From Felis catus (lineage: Eukaryota): a stretch of 64,000 nucleotides of DNA. A program made the translations under genes and the position numbers. Location of the stretch: positions 221,838,001 through 221,902,000 of the forward strand of contig NC_058368.1 in NCBI RefSeq assembly GCF_018350175.1, given 5' to 3'. Within the stretch, counting starts at the first letter, position 1; every line of letters starts with the position of its first letter. Below the pieces are notes generated by a model. It searched no databases. It was not told where the DNA came from and saw nothing but the letters and a program-made list of their open reading frames with translations. Of this stretch, positions 41,366-55,865 are shown piece after piece.

Positions 41366-42210
41366 GCTAATATTTAAGCATTTTATCCTTTCACAATGTG
41401 CCTATTAAAATATTAATTTTCTTGTTTTGTCATAAATGTTAACCTATCAAATTAATAATATGTAGGTTACAAAGTCATCTTTACAGTTATGCTGCCTGAT
41501 GAATAATGTAATAAAATGTATAGTGTGCTATGTATTTGAAAAAAAAGTATTTTATGCAGTATTACAAATGATAGAATGAAAAATAATCTATATATTTATA
41601 TTTGATCTAAGTATATAGTTATATATATATATACTTTATCAGGTAACAACATTTTAAAATTTGGGGTCAATTTAAAATAACTAATGTGAGGAGGAAAAGA
41701 GCTAATGATTTGAAAGACATCAGTAGTAATTGCTTTATAGCTCAAATATCCAGAATCAAATGGTGATTTAATTTGTTAAGTTACAACACTTGCATGTAGC
41801 TGCATGAAATTTAATTAACTATGGAAAACAGGACATTCTAACAGAGAATATAATCACTTAATAAAATCAACAATAATATAAACTTGAAAAATGCTGGTTA
41901 AATTTCTACTCAATTCAATTGCTTTAATAATTTCTTTTATTGATATGTGTATCTGCATATTTTAGTTGTGTATATGTATATAAGTACATGTGTATATTTA
42001 CATTCATACGGAAATGTGTGCTGCTTTCTAGTAATTCAAGACCGAATGAATAGATTTACGTTTGATTCAAGTCTACAAGATGTTAATGAAAGAGAAACAT
42101 TTGTTCATGAAATAATTTGGGAAGGCATTCATCATTTATCTACTATGAATATTGCATTATTGTGGAAGCTATCTTGTGTCTCCAACGTTATTTAAAAATA
42201 TATGCACCTT

Positions 42211-42410
42211 GGGGCGCTTGGGTGGCTCAGTTGGTTAAGTGGCGGACTTCATCTCGGGTCATAATCTCACGGTCTGTGAGTTCAAGCCCACTGCTGGCTC
42301 CATGCTGACAGCTCAGAGCCTGGAGCCTGTTTCAGATTCTGTGTGTCTCTTTCTCTGCCATTACCCCTGCTCATGCTATAGCTCTGTCTCTCTAGCAAAA
42401 ATTAATAACC
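42211..42410 (+). mobile_element. Can-SINE
   Basis: ggggcgcttgggtggctcagttggttaag head. Confidence 0.92.
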
Positions 42411-42412
42411 AC

Positions 42413-42594
42413 TATATATACATATATCGTGTGTATGATATATGTATATACACATGATATATATATCTTAACCACTTGTATATATATATATGTGTGTGTG
42501 TGTGTATCATATATATGATATATATCATCACATATATATATATATATGATATATATCATCACATATATATATGTGTGTGTATATATATATATAT
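42413..42594. repeat. Complex (TA)/(TG)/(CA) low-complexity repeat with internal duplication
   Basis: atatatgatatatatcatcacatatatat occurs twice. Confidence 0.9.
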
Positions 42595-45369
42595 CTTAAT
42601 AACTTGTCTGGGGATGTAGTTATAGACTAGTAATCAAAATTAAGACATTTAACTTTTTCCCAACCTGATAAAAGAAACTTTCAGTATGACTACAATCACA
42701 TCAAATTAATGTAGGAAAAATGGCACCATAAGAAAAAATCAAGTGCAAACGTGCATCGCCAATTGTTTCCTTTGAAATAAATGAAGTTAATATATTTAAT
42801 AGGCTGTTAGCATGAATAAGTGAATAATTCAAATCCCATCTGAAAATCCAAATCAAATAATATGCTTAAGTCCATTCTGTGACCAGTTTGGCAAACGTTC
42901 TTTGAAATACGTCGTAAATGATAAGTCTGCCTTATTTGCCATTTTTGGGCCTTTTTGTGCATGTAAAAATAGAAATGCCCAACTGGCCTTTGAAGCCAAA
43001 CAAAAATAGTTAACATCAGGAAGTAATGAGTTTATCAGGAGATTCTGAAAACAAAGCTTTAAGACATTCTATCTTAAGCTTTAGGATATCTCATCTGTGA
43101 TCTTGTAAAGATACATATATGCATATATGTATGATTGGCAGATCGAAATGAATAATGTCTATAGATCTCAGTCCCTTAAAAACAGTCAGATCCGATTGCC
43201 TTCCTTTTCCTTAGCAGGAGTGTAGTTTAACCAGAGACAATAGGTCAAATAAGATATTTTCAGCCTCAGGTGAGTGAAATAAGCACTATAGTACATAATC
43301 ATGTCCTTTTACTAAAAGATCTAAATTAATAAATGGTCTTATTCCATCAGCAAAAGAGTGCTTTCTATGTATGTTTCCTTTCCTGCTTCAGGTGCTATAA
43401 AAGAGAAGGGGGAAACGATTGCTGAAACATGCAAGGAGATATTTTGGAACCAAACATTAAAAAAAGAGATGTTATTCTATGAATAGAAGTGTCTATAACT
43501 ACTGCATGAGAAGACTTATAAGAATATTTTGGCAAACTCTCATGAATATCCAAAGCAAGTTGTAGGCCTCGGGGATGAATTTTGATTACATATTGGATTT
43601 CAAAGTAAGTTGGAGAAATTTTTAATCAAAGTTTTGCTTAAAATTGAGCTTGGAATAAGTGGATAGCACTAAGGGATTATTATAAAAATTTCAAAATTGT
43701 TGCTAGGAGGGTATAGTGAGCAATTTCAAAATGTCTCCTCTGTAAGAATGATCTCCATTTTAATAGTTCCCATGCTTCTCTATTTTTGTGATATTTTTAT
43801 TTTCTTAAAGAGAATGTATAGATATTTTTATCTTAGTTATGTCAGGCACTCAGAATTAAGTATGTAACTCCAATGTATTTGGGGCCATATACTGGAACTA
43901 GTTGAAGGAAAAGCACCATACAGAGGAGATATTAATATGGATGACAAATATTGACTTATACAACCAAACATTAAAAAAATGCTTCCCATATTTCCAAAAA
44001 GATTGGGAGTAGATTACAAAAATACATATAAAATTGGAACATTCAAGATCGCCAGAACAGGAGCAGTGGAGTCCTATTAAACCAGTAAGAGCCTGAACAT
44101 ACAAATGTGGGAAATGGAATTTGGCACAGTTTTTCAATTTGGATAGAAACGTTAGCTTGTAGCTCTCAGGCAGCGAAGGCACAAAGAGAATTGGGCTCAG
44201 TTACGACTTTCAAAACTTGTAACCAGGATGTTAGTTTTACGAACAAGTTTCAAAATTCATAACCTGTTCCTAAAATTAATATACCAGTCCACTGAGGAAT
44301 CATAATAAGGAAAATGGTTCAGTTTGCCTTAAGTAAGGTGGAGAAGCCAGCAGAAGGAAAAACACCCTTGCCCAGAGATAAACAAGACAGGATTGAATTC
44401 ACAAGGTTTCTCTAGAAACCTATAAATAACTGAAATTACTTTCCCTTATAACTGAGTCAGTTTGCTCCAGGGAAAACTTCTCCTCTTGATACTTTTCAGC
44501 AAATCAGCTTGCCAAGGGAGGGGAAAATAAAACAAATAAAAAATAAAACATTTCTCTTCTCCATAAACTCCCTCCATTTTTTTTTAAATTTATAAAACCT
44601 CATTTTATACAATTATGTGATTAATTTCTCTTAACTGAGTAATTTCAGTTGTACCTGTAAGTCAATTAAATATCAGGTTTTTTAAAACACTTTCAGAAAA
44701 GTAACCGTTTTATGTCTCACTGGCATCTGAGAAAGTTAATTCTGGTTATTTCTTTACTACAGAAAATCCTTAGTGATTTTACATGACATATTCAATAACA
44801 TTCTTATAATAAGTGCAATAAAGTTTTCTATGTACAGTTACAATATTCCTCAATTAGTTTAATTATACAACCATAAAACATATTTCCAGAAAGCAGTTCT
44901 ATGTGGAAGAAATTCCTTGTGCTGCTCTGTGATGGTCAGCATGATTTCACAGTAAGATCTGGACTATCTCTATCAATAGCTCCAAGTTTGAGTTTGAGCT
45001 AGATTCACTTGAACGGATTTTAAAGTGCAGATTCTTCTTCCACAACTTCTAATTACAATTCTGCTTATTAAGCTTAACTTGTACACCAAGAGTTTTAAAT
45101 AACTAACAAGTCTGATGCCTATGACCCAGGACAACAAATTTGAAAACATTAATTAGAGTTAAACAAGCAAAAATAAAGTGGGGAGAGAGGGTTAATTCTC
45201 TAGGAAAACAGTTTATGACTTTTTCCCCTCCAAACTGAGTTTATTAAAATACGTGTAACAAATCGTTAGATTATCTTCTTGCAGGATTTTGGCCTCAATA
45301 CCTGGTTGCCTTGTGTTGCTATCAAAGAATGAGGAGGTGGGCACAGAATGAGCAGCAGGCAAAAGTTTA

Positions 45370-46359
45370 CCGCTGGTATAAATTAAGATCTAAATAAATG
45401 AAGACATATACCATCATCATGGATTGGAAGAAATAATATGGTTTAGATATCAAGGCTTCCCCAGTTGACCTAAATGTCAATCAATACTACTCAAAATTTG
45501 TCTAGTAGACTCTCAAAAAATAATTAAATAAATAACAATTAAAAAAAAAAAAAAAACGAAAGGGTGGGCCACTCCTGGGTGGCTCAATTGGTTAAGTGTC
45601 CTACTTCAGCTCAGGCCATGATCTCATAGTTTGTGAGCTCCTGCCCAGCATCTGGCTCTGTGCTGACAGCTCAGGGCTCAGAGCCTGGAGCCTGCTTCAG
45701 ATTCTGTGTCTCTCTCAGATCTAAATGTAAAATGTTAAAATGTTAAACTATAAGATTTATATGCTGGGAATGGCCAGCAAACCCTTCATAAGAAAGACAG
45801 GGGAAGGTGTGGGGGCCAACTTTCAAAGAGGAAGATCCTGTTTGCCTCACTTGTATTCTCATTTATTGCAGGCCAATCACAAATCTCAGATGGCTTGCTG
45901 TGTACTGAGGGCGAATGACACTTCAGCCGTACAAAAACAAAGGGTGCAGGACTTAAAGTTGAAAAATCACAAGCGACTAATCAAATCAGAGACAAACAGC
46001 AGGGGACTATGTGTCCTATTGTTTGCTCAACTTTGTATACAATGCGTAGATAACAGAGTTCCCCAAGGACTTCAGGACTGCAGAAAGACTTGGGAGTGTG
46101 CCCCCCCCCACCCCGGGCATTCCACAGTCTGTGGTTAAGCAGGCCTCAAGCTTTCCAAGAGACCCAGGCCCCTCACAAGCTTAACTGCAGCCCACCAGCA
46201 GTCTCTGTGTTACATTTTAACTAGCTAAACATCGTGTATGATCTCATCATCCTCAGTAATAACCCCAACGTTTATATTGTGTTTGGGGAAATGCATAGGA
46301 GAAAATCTTTATGTCCTTGGAGTAAAAACAAATTTCTTAGGATGCAAAAAGCACACACA

Positions 46360-46395
<36 letters not shown>

Positions 46396-47165
46396 GGAAA
46401 AACTGATCTTATAAAAATGTAGCACATCTACTCTTTGAAAGAAATCTCAAGACAAAAATAGGTCAGAAGTGGAAGAAAATATCCCTAGTTATTATATTTG
46501 GCAATGGATTTTCAGGCAGGATAGATAAATAATGCTTACATTTCAATAATAAGAGCACAACAATTTTAAAAATACAAATGGATAAAATTTAGCATGAAAT
46601 GTCACAGAAGAATATATTGTGTCATATGTGAATAACCAATAAGCCCATAAAAAAACGCTAAGCATCTTTTATAATCGGAGAAATGGACTACATTTTGACA
46701 ACACTACACTGCGATACACTGTGCACCCATTAGAGTGTCTGAATTAAAGAGTGGCAGTGTGGCAAGGATGTGGAGTCACCATATTCCATGTAGGTTTCGG
46801 GTAGTAATGTAAAGTCATACATCGCTGTGAAACTGTTTTCAAGATTTTTCATAAATGTATGTAAACACTAACCGTATTGCCAGGCATTTTACTGTTATGT
46901 TCAGATACAAGATTACACCTGAATGCTCATAGCAGCTACATTCAGAATTGTCTCAAACTGGAAAGGAACCAAATGTCTACCAACAGGTGAATGGGTGCAC
47001 AGAATGTACAACCATACAGCGGAATGCTACCCAGCAATGTAAAGGAATCTACCGCATCTGTGCAACAACATAGATTAATTTCAAAATAATTATGCTGACT
47101 CAAAGAAGATAATATGTGATCGTATTTATGTAAAAGTCTATAAAATGTAAGCACATCTATAGTAA
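45370..47165 (+). mobile_element. Old L1 ORF2 3' and 3'UTR fragments, interrupted by a truncated SINE (45566-45716), an unassigned insert and (CA)n
   Basis: 'aagatctaaataaatgaagacatatacc...catggattggaaga', 'aaactggaaaggaaccaaatgtctaccaacaggtgaatgg'. Confidence 0.75.
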
Positions 47166-48569
47166 ATGAAGTATTTGCATCCTTGCAAGCAGTGAAATAA
47201 GTCATTGTCTTGAAAGGTTTTTAATATATTCTAACTTAAGGTTTTATGTATCATAAATACATTATAAATATATCCATACTAAATGACTGAATAAGATGAA
47301 TACCTCTGCATATATTGACAGATATCAAATTTGTTCTTTACTCATTTGGAATTTTTCCAGGTCTGGAATTAAAAAAAAATCATCCATAAAAGCAAATTCA
47401 ATAGAGTTACTAAAATGTACAATAATTGACTAAAATTACTACTTTAAAGCTACTTTATAGGTTTTTCTCAAGATAGACACTAAGAGCTAAGCACTTCTCT
47501 TTTCTTGTAGAATCATAAAACTCTTAACATCACTTTATCAATTTATAATGATTTTCTGACAGTAAAAGGCAGAAGGGGAATAACACTACCACCCTAATGA
47601 CAGTGTTCAGGGCCACTGAGAAATTTTAATACTTAGCAGCCAAATTACGGGATTAAGGAGGTCAGAGGGAGCAAATTGTTTTATACTGTAGTTCATACTT
47701 CTCATTTGAGGAACCTCAAGAAGTAAAAACTACCTTTGAAATGTGAAATTTGTCGGGCACTGAAAAGAAATTTTATTTTTAATTTACCAAGTACAATTTT
47801 TCTCTTCTTTATGTAGCTCTTCAGTAAATTATTTAAAAAAAAAAATCTAAGCTATACATCACTATAATAGTTTCAATTACCTTATGATTGATTTTTCATA
47901 TATTTTTTTTAAATTAAACATGTTTTAAAATAATGGAAAATTTATTTGCCATTACTATATTCAATACATCTTAAATATTAATCCAATAAATGAAAACATT
48001 GAATTACTCAATTTAGTTAAATTATGTCTCACCTCTCATTAGTTGTTCTTAAATGTCCGAGTTAGTAAGTTTAGATAATCTAGTATCATTAACTCTTTTT
48101 CCAAAAAAGATAACTTCAATAAATCTTCAAAGCTTATTATATTAGAGTCAGAGTCCTTGAGTAAACATTTAATTTCTTCTACATAAATTTTAATTCTCTC
48201 TCTGTCTATATATAGATAGATACATATAGATCAATATATAGATACAATATACACATACATAATGTTTTCTTGTTTGCATGCTTTAGCTAAAATATTTCCC
48301 AACTTTTCTCTTCTGCTCTACTCTCTCCTTTTGAAATAATATATTGCAAAGTCATTGTAAAATGTTATCTGTTTATACATTTATGTGTATATTTCCGATT
48401 ATATAAATTATATGTGCTTAATGAAAATAATATTGAATATTCAGAAAAATTAGAAAATAAAAATCCATCATGATGTCAATAGCTAATTCTACTTCATATA
48501 CACATACATAGTGATGTACGATGATTTTCTGATAGCAAAAAGGAAAGAAGAAAGAATACCATATACTGC

Positions 48570-49025
48570 TTTAGTTTCCTACTCACCGATATGACAAATT
48601 ACCAAAATCATACTGGAGAGAACTAAAAAAAATATATATCTTACAGTTGTGGTGGTCAGAAATCCCAAAATCCAAATGGTATATGGGACTAAAATCAAGA
48701 TGTTGGCAGAGCTGTGCTCCTTCGGGAAGCTGTAGGGGGACAATGTAATTCTTGCCTTTTCCAGTTTATGGAGGCCACCAATGGCCCTTGGTTTGTGGTC
48801 TGTTGCAATTTCAAACCTTGCAATGTCATCTTCCTGAGTCCTGCTACCACAATTACATCTCCTAATTCTCCTGCCTCTCTCTCCTATGTTTTAAGGGGAC
48901 TTGTTATGCTGAGCCTATCCAGATAATCCAGGATGACTGCCCCATTTGAAATGTTTTTAACTGAATCACTTCTGCAAAAAACAGTTTTGAATATACGGTA
49001 ATATAGTCAAGGGTTCCAGAGGTTA

Positions 49026-49075
<50 letters not shown>

Positions 49076-49090
49076 GGAGATCATTATCCT
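48570..49090 (-). mobile_element. MaLR (MLT1C-like) LTR with (TA)n at 49028-49072
   Basis: 'tcttacagttgtggtggtcagaaatcc...aaaatcaagatgttggcagagctgtgctccttc'. Confidence 0.8.
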
Positions 49091-49528
49091 GCTTTGCTAT
49101 GCAAAATAAATATAGCTATTGGAATAAATATAATGATTAAAGGGCTTAAAATGGAGGTTCTAGTCAAATTTCCTTTTTGTTTCATTTTTAAAAATTTAAT
49201 GATAGTGGTGTTCTATTGTTAGCATCCAAAAATCCTGATGGATTTGAGTGTTTCTTAGGCTACACGTGAATCTTTTCTCCCCAAAAGTTATGTAAAATCT
49301 TGTCATACACACCAATATTCTGTCAGTGGTACCTAGAGAATAAAATTAAGGAGTGTTTTTTTATACAATTATTTATAAAATAAATATATAAAAATACAGT
49401 TAAGGAGAGTGGTGGTAGACATATATGATTAAAATAGGAAAGATGGAAGGAAGGAAGGAGAGAGGGAGGATAAGAGGAATGGAGGCAGGGAGAAAGGCCA
49501 AGATGAAGTCATTTGATCAAGCATTCTT

Positions 49529-50199
49529 TTTTTTTAATTTATTTTTATTTTATTAAAATTTTTTTTCTTAATGTTTATTTATTTTTGACAGAGAGTGAGA
49601 GAGAGAGAGACAGAAGATGAACGGGGGAGGGTCAGAGAGAGAGTGAGACACAGAATCTGAAACAGGCTCCAGGCTCTGAGCTGTCATCACAGAGCCCGAC
49701 GTGGGGCTCGAACTCAAGGACCACGAGATCAAGACCTGAGCCGAAGTCAGACGCTCAACTGACTGAGCCACCCAGGCGCCCCAATTTTATTTTTATTTAA
49801 AAAAAAATTAGTGTTATTAATTTTTGAGAGAAAGAGAAACAGAATGCCAGTGGGGGAGGGGCAGAGGTAGAGGGAGACACAGAATCTGAAACAGGATCCA
49901 AGCTCTGAGCTGCCAGCACAGAGCCCGGCATGGGGCTCCAACTCATGAGCTGTGAGATCATGACCTGAGCCAAAGTTGGACGCTTAACTTCCTGAGCCAC
50001 CCAGACACCCCATGAAGTTAATTATTTATTTTTGAAAGAAAGAGAGTAGGGGGAGGGTCAGAGAGATAGAGAATCCCAAGCAGGCTTGCACTGTCAGCTC
50101 AGAGCCCTATGTGGGGCTCGAACCCAGGGGCCACGTGATCATGACCTGAAGCAAAACCAACAGTTGGACGCTTAACCTACTGAACCGCCCAGGTGCCCC
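49529..50199 (-). mobile_element. Three stacked Can-SINEs (49529-49782, 49785-50010, 50012-50199)
   Basis: Three antisense heads; the whole cluster is bracketed by gatcaagcattctt / gaccaagcattctt. Confidence 0.93.
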
Positions 50200-51599
50200 T
50201 AGACCAAGCATTCTTAAAAATATTTGGTAAGGAACAAAATGTCCTTCAGAAATATTTGTGATATGGATTGTAGTCTCTCTCTCTCTCACCTAGCTATCTA
50301 CCTACCTATCTCTTTATCTAGCATTTATCTAACATCAGTCTCTTCTGTAATACCTAAATCTATAAATATACAAGGAGATATATCTTCCCATTCATTATAA
50401 TACCATTAAAAATAGAGGGGTTTTTTTGCCACAAAGTTTCTCAAAAAAGTGTACAAACAAACAAGCAAGTACATAAAATCCCTTCTGTCTGAAAAGCAGT
50501 AACATAAAGATGCTCTTTGAGAAAGGAAAATGTGAAAATAGGAATATGAACATCTTTTAAGAAAATAATTCAAATTTAATTAAATAACAACTATAAAGCT
50601 AGTCACCTGAACATAAATTTAGTTTATTTATACATATACTGTGCTGTCAGGAAAACAGAACATATGGTTAAGAAAACAAAAGCCTTGCTTAGCTATCACA
50701 TTGAAGTAAACATCTCTTGTAATAATAATTTAGTCATGTTTTCTTATTCTGAATAACAAATAAAAGTTTTTCCGTCTCATTATTTCTTGCCATTAAATGA
50801 AGAGATAAATGTTCTTGCTGTGAAACAGGTTTTAACATAGACACTTATACCTATTAAGATGATCAACATAATGGCCTAGATATCAATGTTTGTGGAATAT
50901 GATTTGGGAAACTGAGAAAAAAAGAAACAATACAATGAAGCTGGTGTGTTATTGATAATTGTTAATTATCTCAGATATAACGAGCTTCCAAGGATTTTAC
51001 TTTTGGCTTTGTCATTGTTTTTCTGCTTTATTATAAAAGCTATATACCATCATGATATATGATGTATTATTACTTTATATGTTTTACTATTGAAACATTT
51101 AGGTTGTTTGCATTTTTTTTGAAAATTGAATACCATATGGGACTTATTATCTATATACATGTATCTGTATCTCCAGATACCTTTGGTGGTATTCCTAGTG
51201 GAGATGCAATCTCATGTGCTCTGTTGAGGGCATCCTCTTAAGGAGAAATCTCTATAAGACTGAAGAAAACAATATAGTTATAGCAAATGGGTACAAGACA
51301 AGAAAACAATATAGTCTCAGATAAATCAGCTTTTGTTTTACTCACAGGGGAATCTGGATCATAAATCACATCAAAGCTGCCTTTACTTTATAGCGATGCA
51401 GTTGACCTTACGTATCTGATAAAATTCAATATTGAAAGCAGGCTACTCCTGGTAAAGGAATGGGTCCTCCTTAGTAAGGAAGTTCTTTTCAGCCTAATGG
51501 CAATGTCCTGATAAAGGGAAGAGCCATCAGGTGTTAGCGACCAGAGCTTAACAACCACCTTGAAATGGTGGGTAGGGAAACAACAGGCATCTAACTACA

Positions 51600-52900
51600 G
51601 CTCACCTCTTATCCTGCTTAGATTCACTTTGTTCTAACTAATTTCACTGCATCCAGGCACAGCTACTCTAGGATTCTGGAACATCACAAGTCATGGGGAC
51701 AGGTAAAGAGAGGATTAATGGGATGAGCTACAGCCCTCACTATTCCAGTTAGTTCTGAGGCCCTAACTGATACCAACATCTCCCTTCTCTACCACCCATT
51801 TAAATAACCTAGTATTTAAATGCTTGGTCTAAGAGCCTTGGTTGGTAGACATCCACAGAGGTCTGAGACCCTAATGACCGTGACTTTATCACATTGTGGT
51901 TGTTCTACTTGCACACTGAAAATAAGAACTGAGCATGGGATTACCAAGAAGCACTGTAGTGTTTCACCTGAGTGCCGAACATATTCTTCCATGTGCGTGT
52001 TATACAACTGAAGCAATCCTACCTTCCCATCATGATCAGGATCAATTACATTTGCTGTTTGGGAATTCCTTTCTATGCCTCCTAAATTACTGGTATGAAG
52101 ATTCCAAATAAACAGATGGCAACTGTAACTATAAGTCCAATGATTCTTATGTCTCCTAGTAGAATGTGAAGCACAAATTCCTAAAGTGGTAGTGAGCAGT
52201 CTTCTTGTTACCTCTACTCCTGGACCATGGATCCACACATTCTACCCACTGGGGCCAGTGGCTAATAATGGCCATTAGTCTCAGAATTATACAAAATCAT
52301 GAAACATCGCTTCCTGTTCAATGTGGATATAATTAAATGTGCATATGGTGGAATCCATTCACCAGCATTCTTAAAGATTTTGTTAGTATCAGTAATCCCT
52401 GCTTTTCTTCTGGAATGCTACCTTCTTTTTTAATTTACTATATAGGCCAGGGGCAGTGGTATTGTATTGTGGAAGTTCCAGGGACTTCCATTTGGCTTTT
52501 CTAATGGAAAAACCAATGTAAGGGACAAAACTGCTAAACATGCCCATTTTGATTTTGATTTAAGTCGGGAAGAATAACCAGTTCTGCTTGCTTGTTTCAG
52601 TGAACCTATTGTGAGATGCACCTGAATCAGGGTCCCACTGGCTTTGTGCTACTTCACGAAAACGGGGATCATGGTGGTGCTTTGGGTTCAAGGATTTGAG
52701 CATAAACTCAGACCACATAATCAGTAGTCCCTACAAGCTGTAAGTATTTCCCTTTCCCAGGTATGGCTATTTTAGAAAATGGCCATGATGTTAGGGAGAA
52801 GAACAAAAAATACACACATACGCTCACCATGGTATCGCGATGTCTTTCCTCGTGGAGAACTATCTTCTTTGGTAGATGAGTTCTATATCTGAGAACTATT
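51600..52900 (-). mobile_element. ERV-L/MaLR internal relic including a dUTPase-like segment
   Basis: ORF 51816-52238 contains VIDPDHDGKVGLLQLYNTHMEEYVRHSGETLQCFLVIPC, resembling the recalled ERV-L motif VIDPDYQGEIGLLLHNGGKEEYVW..GDPLG.LLVLPC. Confidence 0.7.
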
Positions 52901-53228
52901 CACTGAGAACTGCCTAAAAATATGAATTTCTGTTAGATATTTCAACATATTTCTGTGGTTCAACATGCTTTGCAGACATTCTGATCTTGCTGTCCATTAC
53001 AGTAATTATGCCTACTTTGATTTTGACTCTTAAATACAGTCATTTGGATTTTGCTATGCTAAGACTCCATCATTCTCGTGGCTACAAAAGAGTCCAGTTC
53101 AATAAAAACACCTCCTACTGTCAGCTTAAGTCTATAGAGACTTTTTGTTTGAAATTAATTCCTTTGCTGTGGGATTGTAATATCAACCAGTCACATATTT
53201 TGAAATACCACATGTTGATGAATACTTA

Positions 53229-53229
53229 C

Positions 53230-53283
<54 letters not shown>
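53229..53283. repeat. (TA)n microsatellite
   Basis: Direct read. Confidence 0.95.
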
Positions 53284-53286
<3 letters not shown>

Positions 53287-53339
53287 GCCAGGACACCTTC
53301 CTCTTCCGTGAAAAGAAATTTGCATTTCCAACTATCTAC

Positions 53340-53770
53340 TCAATATTTCTACTCGGATATCTAGTAAGCACTTCAAAAAGAGACTATCACATGCTGAAAT
53401 CATGATATCCTCTACTCTTCAAAATGCTCGGCCCATTCATAACCATCTCAGTGAATGATAATTTCATCATTTCTTTTTCTTAAATTAAAAGCTTTAGAGT
53501 TATCTTTAAAACCTCTCTTTATCTTTTATCTCCATATCATTATCCATTAGAATCTGTTGGGAGAGCATCAAAATATAATGGGAATCAATAACTCACCTTC
53601 TCACCTTCTCTACTGCCATTATTATCTTTAATCTGGATTATTTAATACCCTCACAACTGGTCTACTTGCTTCCATATTTAGTCTCCTCCACTTTTCTCAA
53701 GTTTACTAAAAAAAAAAAAAAGCCAGGGTGATCCTTAAAATGAAATCATCTGTGTCAGTCATCTACTCAA
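53340..53770 (+). mobile_element. L2 fragment
   Basis: 'ccatctcagtgaatg...atctggattattt...cctcacaactggtctacttgcttcc...agccagggtgatccttaaaa'. Confidence 0.65.
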
Positions 53771-54415
53771 CCCAGTTATAATGTCATAATTAGAATAACT
53801 ACATTTTCCTATTTGTGTGTAACAATCCTTGTTATATCCAGTGTAGCATTTTCCTTTATTTTTTTTAAACAAAACTTATTAACAGCTGTGTTAAAATAAG
53901 CCAGAAGGGATTTGATTGATCTCTACTTTGTATTTTTACCTTCTGTTTTGTTCTTGTCTAGTGTTTGGAAATGTTTGCTCATGGAACAGAATTTCTACAC
54001 CTGATTTAATTTAAAAGACATTCAAGAATAGCATGTCGGGCACTCATCAAACTTTTCTAGATGTAGCATAAGAAACAACTCTCCCACAACAACTCTCCTA
54101 CAAGAACAGCATTTAGTGAGTTTGCTGATAAAAATAAAATACACTGAGACAAGAGTATTTATTAAAAACTAACTTTATATTTTCATGAATAGAGGTGGAA
54201 GAAATGTTCCCTATTGCTTCAAAGGCCACTTAGCATTAATGAATACATGAGGGTACCTATAGCCAGGTTGAGTAGGAAATTATAATTTTATGAAATATAT
54301 ATGAAATAAGTGCACAGAATAGAAGATGAGCAGCTCTTCTATAGAGAAAATTGGGAAAGGTGCAAAGGATCATGCTGGAGTGGTTTTGTTATTTCTTTTG
54401 TGGTATGTTCAGTGA

Positions 54416-54422
54416 AACACAC

Positions 54423-54464
<42 letters not shown>
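54416..54464. repeat. (CA)n microsatellite
   Basis: Direct read. Confidence 0.95.
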
Positions 54465-54466
<2 letters not shown>

Positions 54467-55097
54467 ATCCATTGGCTCAGACTTCATTAAAATGTTTCAA
54501 CATCACAAATGTTAAGATGAGTGACGTTGTGAAGGGTGGAGGGGGGGAGTTGAGGAATTTAAGGATTTCATACTGATTAGGAGAATAAAGGAAAGGCCAG
54601 TTTGTCCTAAGAATTGCTCACACATTTCATTTATGCCAACATTGGCCTTGAAATAATTGTTCAACTGTCAAATCTTTGTTTTTCAAGTATTATATCTTTG
54701 TTTTAGATCATACTGTACTTCTATCTACTTTAAGTCACCCAGTAAATGAATGCTTATTTTTCACTTCTTACACACCAAAAATTCTTTTTGATTTATGGGA
54801 AATAGAAGGAAACTATACAAAATCCTTGACCTCAAACAATTTAACCTACATGTAATATTCTGTATGGATATAGAGGTGTTATATTGAACTTACAGAATAT
54901 TATTTGCCAAGTAGTTTCAACAAGTACTAACCTGACAGCTGTCTGATATAAGGCTAGGGACTGGACAGGCCTACAAAAGAATTGGTGAGCTTCAAGGTAG
55001 GTCAGTCAAAACTTTCCAAACTGAAATACAAAGAAAAAGAAATAATCTTTAAACAGACAATACAGAATTGTGGGAAGATTTAGAAAGGCCTAACATA

Positions 55098-55310
55098 AGG
55101 ATGCCTGGGAGGCTCAGTTGGTTGAGTGGCCAACTTTGGCTCAGGTTATCATCTTGCATTCCTGGGTTCATGCCCTGTGTTGGGCTCTCTGCCCGGAGCC
55201 TGCTTTGGAGTCTGTGTCTCCCTTTCTGCCTGCCCATCCTCTGCTCACACTCTGTCACTCTCTGTCTCTCAAAAAAGAAAATAAAACATTAAAAAAATAA
55301 AAATAAAAAA
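55098..55310 (+). mobile_element. Can-SINE
   Basis: Flanked by gaaaggcctaacata / gaaaggccctaacata. Confidence 0.9.
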
Positions 55311-55733
55311 AAGGAAAGGCCCTAACATATATGTAGTAGAATACCAGAAGGAGAAGAAAGAGAGACTGGAAAAAAAAAATTTGAAATTACAATGGCTGAG
55401 AAGCTTGCAAAATTAATGACATGCATGAAGTCATACATCCAGAAAATTAGGAACACCAAGAAGGATGAATACCAATAAATAAATTAATTAAATGATGCCT
55501 AGACATATCTTAATCAAATTGTAGAAAACCAAAGGCAAAGAGAAAATATTGCAAAAAGGTGGGCGGGGGGATACTTCATTTATAGAAGAAAAAATATAGG
55601 AATTACAGTGGACTTCTCATCAGAATCATGTCAGCATGGAGAGAGTGTATTCAAATAATTAAAGGTGCAGAAAAATTACCCCACCACACAGGAATTCCAT
55701 ATGCAGAGAAATTACTCTTAAAAATAAAGTGTA

Positions 55734-55865
55734 GGGGTGCCTGGGTGGCTCAGTTGGTTGTGTATCTGACTCTTGATTTCGGCTCAGGTCATAATCCCAG
55801 AGTCCTGAGACTGAGCCCTCCAGCCTCCCACCACCCCTGTTCCTGCTCCTTCTCTCTAAAAAAAT
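55734..55865 (+). mobile_element. Short, older Can-SINE
   Basis: ggggtgcctgggtggctcagttggttg head. Confidence 0.8.

Noticed and set aside
44219..44615. Possible further LTR fragment beginning tgtaacc
   Set aside because: Composition is suggestive, but I found no clear 3' terminus or TSD
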